Program-made: the position numbers and the translations under genes
Shown here: in pieces, positions 35,900-49,739 of the stretch
How positions within the stretch are numbered: position 1 is the first letter of the stretch
How the letters are laid out: each line of letters starts with the position of its first letter
Assembly (NCBI RefSeq): GCF_020745735.1
Contig: NC_083417.1
Span: 63,984,001 to 64,048,000 of the forward strand
Direction: 5' to 3'
Source of the DNA: Hemiscyllium ocellatum
Lineage: Eukaryota
Length of the DNA: 64,000 nucleotides
Notes under the pieces: generated by a model
The model's database searches: none
What the model was told of the DNA's origin: nothing
The model's input: only the letters and a program-made list of their open reading frames with translations

Positions 35900-36943
35900 A
35901 TAAAGGAAAGGAAAGTCAGTGAAGCATAGTCCTCCAGAGAATGAGAATTGGGAGTGAAGAGTTAATAATAAAGAAATGGCAATCAAAATGAACAAATACT
36001 TTACTTCTAACTTCACAATAGAAGATGTAGAAAGTATTGCAGCAATGGCTCTTCATCAGAGGCTGGACAGAAGAGGGAAACTTGGTAAAATTACAATCAC
36101 AGAAGGAGCAGTGCAGAAAAAAAAACAGTTAGAGCTGTTGGTTGATAAGGCCTTGAATTTCACCCTAGGGTATGAAAAGCAGTAGCTAATGTGGAAACTG
36201 GCATAGTTGTGTGAATTTTTCAGAATTCTCAAGATTCTGGAAAATTTCATCAGATTAGAAAGTAGCAAACAAAACTTCTATCCTCTAGAAGGGAGAGAGG
36301 CAGAGAGCTCAAAACTATAGACCAGGCAACTTGTCATCCATCATGTGGGCATGCGTTAAGTGCACCTCATCAAAGATATGATAGCTGGGAATTTAGGAAA
36401 ACACAGGATATTGTGTAAAAGTGTGATTGGCTTTCTCAAGACTGATTATGTTTAATTAATTTATTGTAGTTCTTTGAACAAGCAAAATTATTGTGGATAA
36501 AAAAATCTACCTACTGATGTTCTGTAGTTTGATTTCCAGAAGAAGTTTGACAATGTGCCACGTAAAAAGATTGTTGTGTAAAGTAGGAATGAATTGTATA
36601 GTGATTACATCCGTGATGAAGTTGAAGGTGTGCACGTACCTTGAACAGTGAGTGAATGCAATCCTGAACTGAGAGCTGACGAGTACTGATGATGACTAGC
36701 TAGCAGACCCAGAGTGTACTGGAAAATTTAATATACGTAATATTTGGCTGTGAAATGGGTTCTTGAGCTTGTTGCTGTCTTGACAAAAATTTGAATTTAA
36801 CCAAACAGTTTAAATTATGCCCATGATACTGAAACCCAATCGAGTTTGAATTTATTGTTTTGATAACATCAAACCATGAGACAATCCAATGTTGGGGGGT
36901 ATAACAAAAGCAGGCATTTTGAAATTCAGACAGACTAACTGCC

Positions 36944-37014
<71 letters not shown>

Positions 37015-38350
37015 CCCAAAAGACTGAAACACTCTTTACCAAAGTGACATTTCACATGAAACATCTTCACAGTAAAAAGAAGCTGACCCAGAGAGATCTT
37101 CAGCTGGAAGAAGACAGAAACTGTAGATTACAGCTGCAGTATGGTTTTGAAATTACGTCAACGTAATTTTAACATGTTTGCATTGGAACAGTATACTGTT
37201 GCAGAGTTGGAGGCAGATAATAAACAGTTCAGAGAAAGGGGGCTTAGAATTGTGAATAGTTATTGATTAATGTTCACTTTTCGAGTTAAGAATGAGTTCT
37301 CTGACTCTTATTTTAACAGATTACGAGGCAAGGTGAGATTTTTCTAGGTGTTTGGTTTAATCAGCAGAAGGGTTCACCACTATGCCATAACACATCGATG
37401 GATAACATGGATAGAAGATTAGCTCGCTGGCAAGTGAAAAGTAGGAAATGCTTTCATGCATCTTTTTCTGAATTTTTAAATGTGATATTTGGGATTCTGT
37501 AGTGGTTTATGCTGGTACTTCCTCTTTTTATAGTTCATATCAATGACTTGGATGAGGGAAGGGGAGACCTTCTAGCTATGGTTGCATGTTACATAAAGAT
37601 AGTCAGAAAAGTATGTCATGAAGAAGATATAAGGAACTTTCAATCAGATATTCATGGATTGACTGAGTGGCCAACAATCTGACAGAAGAAATATAATGTG
37701 AAGCTGTTCACTTTGGTAGGTAGAATTTAAAAAAAAAGCTGAGTACTATTTAAATGGAGAATGACTGGTGAATTCTAAAGTGGAGAGGGATCCAGGTGCT
37801 CTAATACAAGTCAAAAATGTTAGTGCACAGGTAATGAAATCCAGTGGACTGCTATCCTTAAAAATATAACTCCGAAAATAAGAATTTATGCTTCAGTTAC
37901 ATAGGGCATTTGTGAGACAACGTTTTAAACACAATAGGTAGTTTTTGTCTCTTTATATAAGGATGTAGGGGTGTAAAGATATAAATGCACTTGAAGTGGT
38001 TCAGAGGAGATTTACTAGATTGATGCCTTCAATGACCATGTTGTCTTTTGAGGTTATGTTGGGCAGGTTGGGATTGTATCCACTGGACTTCTGAAGAGTA
38101 AGGATCACTTGACTGAAGAATAGTTATTTTTCTTTGGGCGGTGGGAGTTTGGTTCTGCAACTTTAATTATCTTGGCCTCAAAAAGTAAATAAAGCAGGGC
38201 CAATGGGTCTTTTTAAGGTGGAGTTAGGTAGACTCTTGTGAGCCAAAGAAATTAAATACTGTTGAGGATAAACAGGAGTATAGAATTTGAAACAAACAAA
38301 CTGGCTGTTAACGTATTGAGTGGTGCACCAGGTTTGAAGGGCTGAATAGG
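35900..38350 (+). mobile_element. Old CR1 ORF2, interrupted by an unrelated GA-containing (LTR-like) insertion at about 36595-37392
   Basis: MNKYFTSNFT, DFQKKFDNVP and later RT phrases resume at about 37395; the insertion ends in CATAACA. Confidence 0.7.
36947..37014. repeat. (GA)n microsatellite
   Basis: Direct reading. Confidence 0.97.
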
Positions 38351-39089
38351 TTTCTCATACAAGTTTGTGCACATATATGTTCTTAGTTTCACCCATTTGG
38401 AGTTTTATTTGCTCTTTCACATGCAGTGCTCAGAATTCAACTGATTATTAGATACTAGGCATTGCTCATTTCAGTGGCCTAGCCATGTACACTTTGGAGA
38501 GTTTCAGTTTCCATTTTATATTTAATAGAATAATTATTTTACCTTATTAGTACCATGTGCACAGAATTGTAATACCCATTCACATCACTGTCCAGAATTC
38601 TTTACTTTTTACTTTCAGCGAGCAGGATCTAGTGCTCAATTTCTATCCCATTCAACTGTTAATTTGTCACCAAATATGCACATTTTATTGCATTCTAAAT
38701 ACTCGTGGTTCAAAACCTTACATTTTTATGTTAAATCACATTATACAGTTACACTAACTTAAAAATTGTAATCATTGTCAGGGATAACATACGAAGTAAT
38801 GTTTATAATTATAAGGAGCACAGATGAAAAAAGATTCTTTGACAATATGTTCACCTTAGCAAAGTGTCAACATGCAGACTGCATTAATTTAACCTGGTAG
38901 AAGAACTGGAAAGGAAATAAGAAAACGGTTTCACTCAGAGGATGGTAGGAATCTGGAAGTCACTGTCTGTAATTTGAGACAGCAAATTATACATTTGAAA
39001 ACTATTTTCAAATATTGTGACACATCAGGGTGGGAGAGAGTTTCCTGTACGTTGTGTTTCAGGAGACAGTTGCACCACTTAAACTAACT

Positions 39090-41020
39090 TACTAACTCAC
39101 ATTTGGCCAGTGGTCAGGGACAGGAGTGTGTAGCTGTGAGTGAGGCAGGTAGAGGGATCCAGGAGATAGAGTTGCAGGAGCCTCAGCCCCTTTCCTTGTC
39201 CGACAGGTTCAAGAATCTTGCTCCCTGTATGGACAGGATTGGGGATTGGAGGAAGGATGAGCTAACTGGCAGCAGCATCATGGTTCAGGGAGCTATCAAG
39301 GTGGAGGGATAGAAGAGAAATATTCTAATTGGAGATAGTATGGTTAGGGTATTGGATACTGTTCTCTGTGACCAGGATCGAGAGTCTCAAATTTTGTATT
39401 GCCTACCTGGTGCTTGGTTTCGGGATATCCAATCTGGGTTGCAGATTCAGTTGTCATGTACTACATAGGTACCAAAGACTAGTTAAACCTAGGGAAGATG
39501 TTCTGCTAAGGTATTACGAACAGCTGGGAGCTAAAGTAAAAAGCAGAACCAAAAAGGCAATGAGCTCTGAATTACCACCTGAGCCTGTAATTGGCACAGT
39601 GTCAATAGGATTATGCAGGTAAATGTGTGGCTCAAATTTGGTGTGGAAGAAATGGGTTTGAATTCATGGGCATTGGCTCCAGTACTGGGGGAGAAGGGAC
39701 CTGTTCTGATGGGATGGTCTTCATCTGAATTGGGCTGGGATCAGAGTCATAGTGAATTGCATAATGAGGTCTGTAGACAGGGATTTAAACTAAATGAGGT
39801 TGGGAGGGAGAGAATTCAGTTATCAGGGCAATTAGAAACCCAATTAAAGGGAGACAGAAAGAGTGCAGGTCAGTGATGTGGCAGATGTTATCAGACGAAA
39901 AAGATGAGGGATGAACAGGTGAATATTTATATGCACCAAGGAATTATATAGAAGTAGGGAAATTTATCCGTGGAACAAATTTTAAAGCTTTATATATAGA
40001 TGCATAAAGCATTCAAAACAAGATTATTGAGTTAATTGCACAAATAGAAACAAATGGGGATGATTTGGTAATGATTGCCAAGACATAGTTACAAGGAGAC
40101 CAAATCTGGGAAGTAAATATCAAGAGGTACTCAGCACTTCAGAAAGGTAGATTCAACGGGAAAGGAGGAGGTGTAACCTTGCTGGTGAAGGTATGGATCA
40201 ATGTTCATGCTGACATAAGAATGGGAGATCACAATATAGATTTAGTCTGGGTAGAAACAAAAAAATAGCGAAGGGAAGAAGTATTTGGTAGGAGTAATTC
40301 AAAGGTCCCCAAACAGTGGTTATGCAGTGGGGCACAGTATAAACTATGAGATGCAAGAAACTATGCAAGAAAGGTACGACAATAATCATGGGTGATTCTA
40401 ACATGCACATAGACTGGAAGAATCAAATTGGCAACAGTAGCCTAGAGGCAGAGTTCATTGAATGTATTAGAGATTGTTTCTTGGAACAGCATGTTCTTCT
40501 TAGATTTCCTACAGTGTGGAAACAGGCTCTTCAGCCCAACAAGTCCACACTGACCCTCCGAAGAGCAACCCACCCAGACCTATTCCCTTACATTTACCCC
40601 TGCACCTAACATTACGGGCAATTTGGCATGGTCAATTCAACAAAACGGCACATCTTTGGATGATTCCCAGAGGAAACCCACACAGGCACAGGGAGAATGT
40701 GCAAACTCCACACAGACTGCTGCCCAAGACGGGAATTGAACCTGGGTTGCTGGAGCTGTGAGGAAGCATTGCTAACCACTGAGCCACCGTGCCACCCGAA
40801 TCAGGGAGAAGGCTACTCTGGATGTGGTATTGTGTAATGAGGCGGCATTATCGATGGCCTCACAGTTGAGGATCCTCTTGGGAGTAGTGACCATCGATTG
40901 AAGGGATATGGAGGGAAGGCAGCAATATGGGGGTGAGGAACATATCAGCCATAATTGAATCGCAGAGCAGACTTGATGGGCTGAATGGCCTAATTCTTCT
41001 CGTATATTTTATGATCTTAT
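39090..41020 (+). mobile_element. CR1 ORF1 plus endonuclease fragment and 3' tail, interrupted by an HE1 SINE
   Basis: QPLSLSDRF, CLPGAWFRDI, IIMGDSNMHIDW..FIECIRDCFLEQHV; continues after 40797; CR1 tail at 40890-41020. Confidence 0.88.
40499..40797 (-). mobile_element. HE1-type SINE nested in CR1 endonuclease
   Basis: Collinear with the other SINE copies. Confidence 0.92.
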
Positions 41021-41384
41021 GAACCTATTTGGACTCCTCCAATAAGAAATTTGGCCTGTAACCCTAGGGAACATGTACAGGAAGATGGGATGAGGCTGAA
41101 TGGTTTCTCATGATTGGCACAGTCAAGATAGGTCAAATGTTCTTCTGTTTCATAAATGTTCTATGATGCCTTTTATATTATTTTCATTTTCAGGTACATG
41201 TATCATTAGTAAGTTATTTATACTGCTTTCTTGTACCAAACAACATTTGTTATCGTCAGTTGTATTCCAATTACATTCTTTGTTTCATACTGTTATGGTA
41301 ATTGAATTAAAATATAATAAAGATATAATCAACTTTATTTTTGTTTGTGAATTCTTATACCATATTTCATCACTTCCACTTTTT

Positions 41385-41590
41385 AAAACAACATGTTGGA
41401 GAAACTCAGCAGGTCTAATAATCATCTGTGAGGCAAAACAGGGTTAGCATTTCAACCTCAGTGTAATTTTTATTAAGAAGAACGGTCATTCAGGATTCAG
41501 TGTTAACTCTGCTTCTCTCCACACACATGCTGCTGAACCTGCTGAATTTCTCCAGCACTTTGTTTGTAGTTTGGATTCCCAATATTTGAA
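41385..41590. mobile_element. Old Penelope-like hairpin
   Basis: TTGGAGAAACTCAGCAGGTC... is inverted by ...AACCTGCTGAATTTCTCCAGCA. Confidence 0.65.
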
Positions 41591-42399
41591 ACGATTTGCT
41601 TTTATTTACAAGATTTCACACCCAGTTTTTTGGTTGCAGTAAGTAGTCCCTCAGAAGCTTTCACTATTTCTGATTTTGGGATGTTGACCCAAGATTAAAG
41701 ACCAATGAGCAATTTATCAACCTATAATTTATGCAAAAAAAAGAAAGCTACTGTCATCTGTGAAACATGCATCATAAAGCCTACTTTCAGTGCAAGTTTT
41801 TAACCCATTACTATTTGTTCCAACTCATTCCATACAAAGAAAACTATGCACTGGATTACAGTGATCACTCTCTTACCTGAGTGGTGGAATTTTCCTCTCG
41901 GAGCCTATCGTTTCAAGAGTGGCATCAAAACAGTTGTAAATAGCTGTGCACTTTCTCAAATGTCATCAACCTACTGCAATTAGCAGCAGAATCCCACATT
42001 TTTGTCATTTGGAGACAGAACTTGCTCTGACAAATTTGGTGTGATTATAGATCATAGAGCTGAAATCTGTTTTTTGAATCTGCAATTTTCCTTTTCTACC
42101 GAGGTCCCATCTCACTGTCTGATTTCAAAATGTTGATACATTGTTACATGCAAAGACCATAGGGCAGGATTTTTGGAATGGTTGCAATTTTCATGACTTG
42201 CCTCCTAAAGTGGGTACAGGGAATGCATTTGCTGAAATGGGCTGCCCTACAGACACTTATTATTCCAAAGAACGTTAATTCATTGGTGAGGAATTTTCAC
42301 ACCTCACTTGTAAAGCATTCTGTGACTGCCAACACTACAGATCCAGCAACGCCGTTAGAAGTAGTGGCCAGGACTGGGACTACAAGTGATACCAGATAA

Positions 42400-43050
42400 A
42401 TGTAGGTGGTGTAATGGTAACCAACTCTTATGAAAGAAAGTAAAGCATTGTTTCACCATGGGCATAGGATTGGGATTTTCTGGTAACTGTGAGAGCACTG
42501 TAGGTGGGGTTTCTATGGTGAGTGTAAATAGAAGAAACAAAGATAAGAGGAGAATCACAGAGATAGTCTCCCACAGACTGCCATGAAATAAATGGGAGGA
42601 AGCCATTCGTGAGGAATGTGGAATCAAGGATAATTCCTTAAAATCCAGGAAGATGGTCACCTAGATTTACTTAGGGTTGGGGAGAGATGGGTGCCGGTCT
42701 TGATGGAGAAATGTGGGCATTTGGAAGAAACAGCCACACTGGGTGTACCTTGTTTGGGAGGTGAACACCTGCCGTAGAAAAGGGGCTGTTAAGGGATACA
42801 TGTCTCATCTGAGAACTGAACAGTATGACTTGGTGTGCATTCCCATCCTCTTAAACGCCACCTGCCAGACTCAAACTTGAGGATAGGGAGAAACGGCCTG
42901 AAGTGGTCCTCGATTGACAACTCAAGGGCCTCAATTGTGGAAAGGGCAGGTAGACTAGCGTAGGCCTCACCCATCTCTCGTATTATTGACAGAGTGTGGT
43001 GAGCCATTCATGGAATTCTAGGTGCACTCCAGCCCTCAAACCCACTGAGG
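42400..43050 (-). mobile_element. Old Penelope-like RT C-terminal fragment
   Basis: Antisense HLFHGSLWETISV resembles the PLE RDRSLRDTLVHS region seen at 29.9 kb. Confidence 0.55.
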
Positions 43051-43869
43051 GGGAGCTGAAAACTTGGACCGATGGTTTCTCTTCAACTAACTTCTTGAAA
43101 GTTCTCAGTTGTTACTTGCACATGTTCCAAATTCTAACATTAATGCTACTTGTATTCGTGTAAAATTTCTTTGTAAACGAGTGAATATAAGGAGTTCGCA
43201 AATGGATTAACATCCTTTCTATTTTCATTTCAAAGTTTCTTAAACTTGCAAAATGATTCCTATGTTGATCCGAGAATCCCAATAATAATTTTAAGATGCC
43301 ATTGAATGAACATTGTTGGCTACATTCCATATGTTAGTAATATCCATGAACAGCTTTTAATCAATTGTTGGACGTCACTGAATATGTGGTGAAAGAAACT
43401 TTGAATCCTTTGTTTTTGTGAAGCTGTGAAGAGTGATTCTGCTCTTCCTCTGTCCAAAATCACTTGGATGGCTATGTGTTTCCCATTAGCTGGTGCCCAA
43501 CACTTTTTCCACCTCCTCCTGCGCTGCAAATGCTCAACACAGGAACTAATGGATTTTCTATCCTTGTGTAACTGGTGAGCAATACTATTTGTATCCTATC
43601 ATTGTCATCTAACTAAAGGTCTAGACCTAAAGAGTTTTGCTTCTATTTTGAGTGAAAGTTGAAGATTGTCCCTATTGTATTTCTGGTGGCTAGTTTTCTC
43701 ACAGGTATACTTCAACAGCCTGCCAACTGCTGATTTATTTGTATTTTACACTGATTATTTGCAATCCCATGCCAGGTTTCCCACTCATAGATTGGGAAAA
43801 CTTTAATCAATATCGGGATGTTGTCAAGTTTTTGAGCAGCATAAATAATTAAATTAATGGCATGCACGC

Positions 43870-44377
43870 TTGAAAATATACATTGGACTTAAATTGTGCA
43901 AACAACGATTGGCTGAAGTTGGCTGAGAAGCAACAGACCAAACCAGTTTGCTGAAGTGATCTGCCCTTCAACCACTTTTAATGTAATACACACTTTTGAG
44001 AAGAATATCCACTTTGGCAATCTCAATTGACACCGGATGGCTGGCATTACGAAGCCCAACTGCTCAAATGATTGCGTGTATTCAGGCAATGAACTCTTGC
44101 ATTGTTTTGCAAGTCAGCAAACATCAAGATATAGGAATGTGCCCTGGCATTCCTTAAGTAACTAGAGAACTAAATTGCAGATAAGGTATTTTCGAAAGTC
44201 TTCTGCTTTTATAATGTGTGTGGACTAATCCAGAATTATTTTGGATGTGTTGTGAGTTCATAGATTGCCAGTGAGTATTCTTTCATCGCTGTTGGTTGGA
44301 GGAGGAATAATAAGTGAACATTTTATATGAGATCGGTCAACAGCTGTGAAAGTGCTTCTGTGTCTGCATCATTACAA
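43870..44377. repeat. About 505-bp direct duplication, copy 1
   Basis: Collinear with 45021-45526 (roughly 80-88% by eye), from TTGAAAATATACATTGGACT to GTGTCTGCATCATTACAA. Confidence 0.92.
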
Positions 44378-44954
44378 CATCCAGTTTTACTTGATGCCCT
44401 CCATCATGTTTGGAGCATGCTCCTTCCAGTGTCTGGAACTGGCAGGCTAGCCAATGCAAAAAGCAGATTAGCACTCCAATGCTTTGCCAAATCCTTAAAG
44501 TTAGTATGGGAGTCTTCCATATCAAAAATCATCTCCAGTGAATTGGCAAATAAATCATACTTCACCTAACCTGACTGCAATTCATCCCCATCCATGGTGA
44601 GATGATTCAGCATAAGCTGATATTCAATGCATACTTATCTTCAAGGTATGTGCAGTATTAATAACTGTGCTCGTGGCTTTGACTGTCATCTCAAAGGATT
44701 GGGAATCTCGTTAGTGCTGTGCTGTTCCTATCTTTCTGTTTGGGCTCTGTGAGTGTGTAGGTAGCAGCCCTTGGGTACCTGAAAGCAATAATTGAGAGAA
44801 GGAAAGTTGTTGTGAAGGAAGGTTAGTAGAGTGGGAAACAATAGTCACTCATTTGGTTGTTTGCAGGATATGGACGTCTGTGCATTGATAACAGGAGTAA
44901 GGCAGAAACATACAATCATCCTTAATCTTCTCAGAATTCTAGATGATGGGTCAC

Positions 44955-45012
44955 CATAACAGCCTGGTGTTGCGAGTTTTTTTTAACATTGTACACCCCA
45001 GTCCAACACCAG
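44955..45012 (+). mobile_element. Penelope-like family B 3' tail fragment
   Basis: ATAACAGCCTGGTGTTGCGAGTTTTTTTTAACATTGTACACCCCAGTCCAACACC matches the family B tails at 11.25 and 28.93 kb. Confidence 0.8.
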
Positions 45013-45020
45013 TTGATCAC

Positions 45021-45526
45021 TTGATAATATACATTAGACCTAAACTGTGCGAACAACAATTGGCTGAAGTTGGCTGAGAATAAGTAGACCAAAGCCAGTT
45101 TGCTGAAGTGATCTGCACTTCAAGCCACATTTGATGTGATATACACTTTTGAGAAAGATATCCACTTTGGCGATGTCAGGTGATACTGGATGGCTGACCC
45201 AACTGCTCAAGTGATTTGCATGGGTTCAGGCAATGAACTCTTGCATTTCTTTGCAAGTTGGCAAATGTGAAGATATAGGAATGTGCCCTGCATTGGCATT
45301 ACTTAAGTAACTAGCGAACTAAATTGTGGCTAAGGTATTTTCGAAAATCTTCTGCTAGTATAACGTTTGTGGACTAATCCAGAAATATTTTGGATGTGTT
45401 GTGACTTCTTAGATTGCCAGAGAGTGTTCCTTCATCCCCGTTGGTTGGAGGAGGAATAATAAGTGAACATTTTACATGAGATCGATCAACACCTGTGGAA
45501 GTGCTTCTGTGTCTGCATTATTACAA
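45021..45526. repeat. About 505-bp direct duplication, copy 2
   Basis: Collinear with 43870-44377. Confidence 0.92.
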
Positions 45527-47614
45527 GGTGATAGATCCAATTTTACATGATGTCTTCTATAATATTCAGAGTGATTGTACAACACTGTGTAATGTGTATG
45601 CTCTTGAACAAATGTCTGGAGGTATGCAAGCATGATGTGATGTTGGCAACATGAATAGCTGTATGATAATAGTGGAGTTTCTGAATATTAGGCATAAAAC
45701 TGTGAATTTCAGGAAGTATAGCTGGTGAGTGATGAGGATGTGGTGGATTGAGCACCTTGAATGACTGTTGCTGCTTTTAGTATGTAGATAGATATCATGT
45801 AAAAATGTGTTCATTGACCTTTAGCATTTGTGTGAAGTCTTATGACATTGTGGTCTTATGACATCAGAAATTGCTCTTCCTGGCCACTTGCTCTCAGTCC
45901 GTCCTTAGGATGACTGTTGAGGGCCTGGTATCTTGTGACATATGGTACTCTCCTCCTGCTTACCTCCACCACTAATACCTCTAGAAATACATTCATCAAT
46001 TTGGAATCCTACCTGTCTTGTTCCATTTTCGATCATTTGATTTAATCTACTATTATTCAATGAAGTTGCTCTTTAAAAACAAGAATGCTTTCTTCACCAC
46101 ATAACATCAGTATAACCCAGAGGCAATAAACAGTATTGGGAAGATCATTCAACCCCATGCTGTAAGCATAGCAATGAGAAGCTCTAAGGGAATGGGCGTG
46201 GGCAATCCTGAATCACATGCCCTGCACTCACAGGTTTTGGAGAAGAAGATGTTTTAGCCATATATACATTAACATTTCGATATCAGGAGATTCAAGGTAC
46301 TATAACCTTAGATGCAGCTCGATATATAAGCATGTTATAATGCTTGTGAATTAATTCCTCTCTCAACATGCATACTAAACCATTTGCAATAACTGGTCTA
46401 AGAACTTAATTCATATAGCAAATATATTATGCTCCTTTCCCACAAGGAACATCAAGATTCATTGAATGTCTCTTCCCTTCTTGACAGGGCAAGATAGTAT
46501 GTAAGAATAAGATTTTACACCATTAACTTAGCTAGCTGGGCATTGTTCTTGATTCAATGTTGACATCGACTTCAAATAGTACCTCCATCTTGTTTGCCAT
46601 CATGTTCAATTCTGACCTTGTTTCCATTTAAACGTTTTAACTGAATGGAAAAATTTTTGTTGTGTTGGATAGGTTCAAACATTTTGGTGCTGTAAATAAA
46701 TGAAACCACGTGAATTCTTTCACTGCTTTTTTCTGCATTTGGCAGAAAACCAGATTGTGCAATTCTAATCAGTAGAGAGGTTGTGCAATTGAACAATTGT
46801 AGGTCAGCTATGAAGCTACTGTTTCCTGCCACTCTGCCCCAAAGATGGAGTGTTATAAACTCAATAAAGTATGTTTCTAACCTAGAAGAGTGTGCAATAA
46901 TACTTTATTTATTATTTTAATGGAGACATTTGTTATGTCCTGGCTTAACTTGAGCACAATATGAATAACATTATCTGCTTCAAGATTATCAAACTAACTT
47001 CATTCATCAGAATATGTGTTATATGTAGTACAGGGTACCCAAGGTGTACACCCAATCTCATTGATGAACTCAAAAGCACATCTGAACAACAAAATAGTAT
47101 CAGATATTTTGTAGTGTGTTAGCAGTGATGTTCATTTTTAGATCCAAGTTTATACAGACACAAAATAAGCTAAAATTGAATATCAAAGTATCAGCCATCC
47201 TTAAGACAATTTTCTACAGTTAAAATAAAAAAAAACTCAATTCTCTAATCTAAAATTAAACATTAGTTACTCTACGTGGAATGTGCCTTCACTTTCATGG
47301 AATTGGATTTCATTGTTATAATACTGAAGCTTGGATGAATTGATTTAATATTAGAGCCTGATAGCTACAAGTATATCTTAGTTTCTTTGAAATACAGACA
47401 AATTGTTTGAAGGATAACTCAGCCCCCCAGAAAATCAAAGTACATATTTGTCAGAGGTATTACTACCATTTATCACTGATAATCATTTCATTTGGCATTT
47501 ATGTCTTCCTTTCATTGTCGCAAACTGGACTATATTTTCCAAGATGTTAGTTAACCAATTTTAATGTATTATAAATTTACCACAGATACTAGTCTTACTT
47601 TTATATGAATGTAA

Positions 47615-47740
47615 AAAATTAGGTCTGCAGATGCTGGAGATCACAGCTGCAAATGTGTTGCTGGTCAAAGCACAGCAGGTTAGGCAGCATCTCAGGAATA
47701 GAGAATTCGACGTTTCGAGCATAAGCCCTTCATCAGGAAC
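47615..47740 (-). mobile_element. Penelope-like family A terminal arm
   Basis: GGTCTGCAGATGCTGGAGATCACAGC...TTCGACGTTTCGAGCATAAGCCCTTCATCAGGAAC. Confidence 0.88.
47705..47740 (-). ncRNA. Minimal type I hammerhead ribozyme, best-preserved copy
   Basis: GUUC-CUGAUGA-A-GGGC-UUAU-GCUC-GAAAC-GUC-GAAU: stem I GUUC/GAAU, stem II of 4 bp, GUC triplet, stem III reduced to palindromic ACGU. Confidence 0.72.
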
Positions 47741-49044
47741 AAACAAGAGATTAGTAATGAAGTGAACAGAAGTGGTTCCTATTGTGGAGGAAATTGAACA
47801 ACAGTTTCTGACCCTTACACATGCACAACTAAAGAGAAATCCAGAAATTGCTGAAGCAGGCCCTTCCACAAACTTTGCTAAATTTCATTTGTGGCACAGA
47901 TGGAACCAATTTATATTCTTGAATGTGTGCTTGCTCTCTAGAGAGCAGTCTAATCAAACCCATTTCTCCTGTTATATCAGTATTTGCTCTTATCAAATTT
48001 GTCACGTGGATTCTTCAATGTAGTTTGTTGAAGAGTCATGTTGTTACCTTCCTTGCTAATACATGCTATAGATTTTGTAAAGAAGCTGCTATGCTGGACA
48101 AATGTGAAAGCAACATACACTCAAAAGCCAGCAAAATAATCTGTGCATAACATTAAGGATAGGAAATAATGAGTACTTCTCCTTCCTTCTCCTTTCATAA
48201 CAAATTCTGAATCATAAATGGAAACAGAATGCATTGTTCCATTTCACTCTTAGAATACCTTTCCCATTCTCACTCCTTTAAGAGTCAATATACGAAAGGA
48301 TTTTTTTTTCAGCATTGACCATTTTCAACTAGCTTTACTGGATGGTCAGTTTAAAAGAATATAAACTGTGAATAGCAACACACTGTTGAATTGCAGATGG
48401 AAAATCACTCTAATCTGGTTCTAACTTGACACAGATGGAATCATTTTCTGCTATGATTAATGTTTCAAAACATGTATTACATTAAAACCAAATTGTGCAT
48501 TTGCCCCTTGTGTCATTGCCCTAAATTTGTTGAGTTGATAGTGCTATGTCTAAGTCCAAGAGCAATGAGGTCAGCTATAAAACCTATTATGCTTATGATA
48601 AGTTTAGATATGCTAAAACTAAGCATTGAACTTGAGACTTCTTGTCCTGCATGGTTTAATTTTTATGTTTGTTTATAAACTAAACCATGGAGGAGTGAAT
48701 GAATGGAATCTGAGCTGATGCTAGTAACAATGAAGCTAATGGATTGTCCAAATGTTCATATCTATTTTCAGCCAAGTATGACACCATCTCTATATTATTG
48801 TGGCTAGTTCATAACTGCACTCGAAAATAATGTGGCAATTATTCAGTCATATCAATCCGCTACAACAAATTCCACGATTTCAAAAATAAAGCACACAATC
48901 ATATTGTCAGGGTGATTTATGTGGAATACGTTCTTGCTTTACTTGAGAAGTCTACCTCCAAGAATGCTTCTGCTTGAAAGATTTATGATAAAACATATGT
49001 TTCAAGTAGAGGTTATAAACTAAACTTGCATTTTTTTTACTTCT

Positions 49045-49215
49045 CTTGGTGGAGGCTAGTACAATTGCAACATTTAAAAGGCATCTGGTACATGAATAAG
49101 AAGTGTTTGGAGGGATATGGGCTAGGTGCTGGCAGGTGGAACTAGATTGGCCTGGTAGGCATGGACAAGTTGTCCGAAGGGTCTATTTCCATGCTGTTCA
49201 TCGCAATGACTCTAT
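49045..49215 (+). mobile_element. CR1 3' end fragment
   Basis: GTACAATTGCAACATTTAAAAGGCATCTGG...GACTCTAT. Confidence 0.85.
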
Positions 49216-49739
49216 AGTGACAAATGAGTAAACTGTCATAATATGTTTCCCATTACTGTTTTAAAATGCTGTCATTTGCCAAAAAAAGGAAGCAGCTGCA
49301 GTTTCAACTTGTGCGGTTTGTGTTATAGTTCAGAGGCCTTCTAACTTGTTTTTGCCTGTTGTTTAGAGATATTTATCTTGTGCTATTCAGCTTTAAGGAA
49401 ATGGTCAAATATTGAGGTCACTTCGTTGCAGCACAGGAAGTAAAATACACACGGGTTTCCTTTCTTAGTGTCATGTTCCCTCAATATATTCATAACACAC
49501 AGCTAGAGACAAACAGTCTATCAAATGGAATAAAATGAATCCTGATCACACAGAAAATTCAATCCACACAGACAAAAGTTTTAAGATCACATTCATAAAA
49601 ATCAGAACCTCCACCACACAGAAAGTCAAACTCCTGATTCAAACAAGAAGCAATCTCATAAACAACGTCAATACAAAAAATTTTTCAAAAATATCAGATC
49701 CAAAGCATTCAATCCTCCCTCATTTCTATGAACTTTAAC

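Noticed and set aside
36700-37166. (SL)n and (RE)n ORFs
   Set aside because: Translations of the (GA)n microsatellite.
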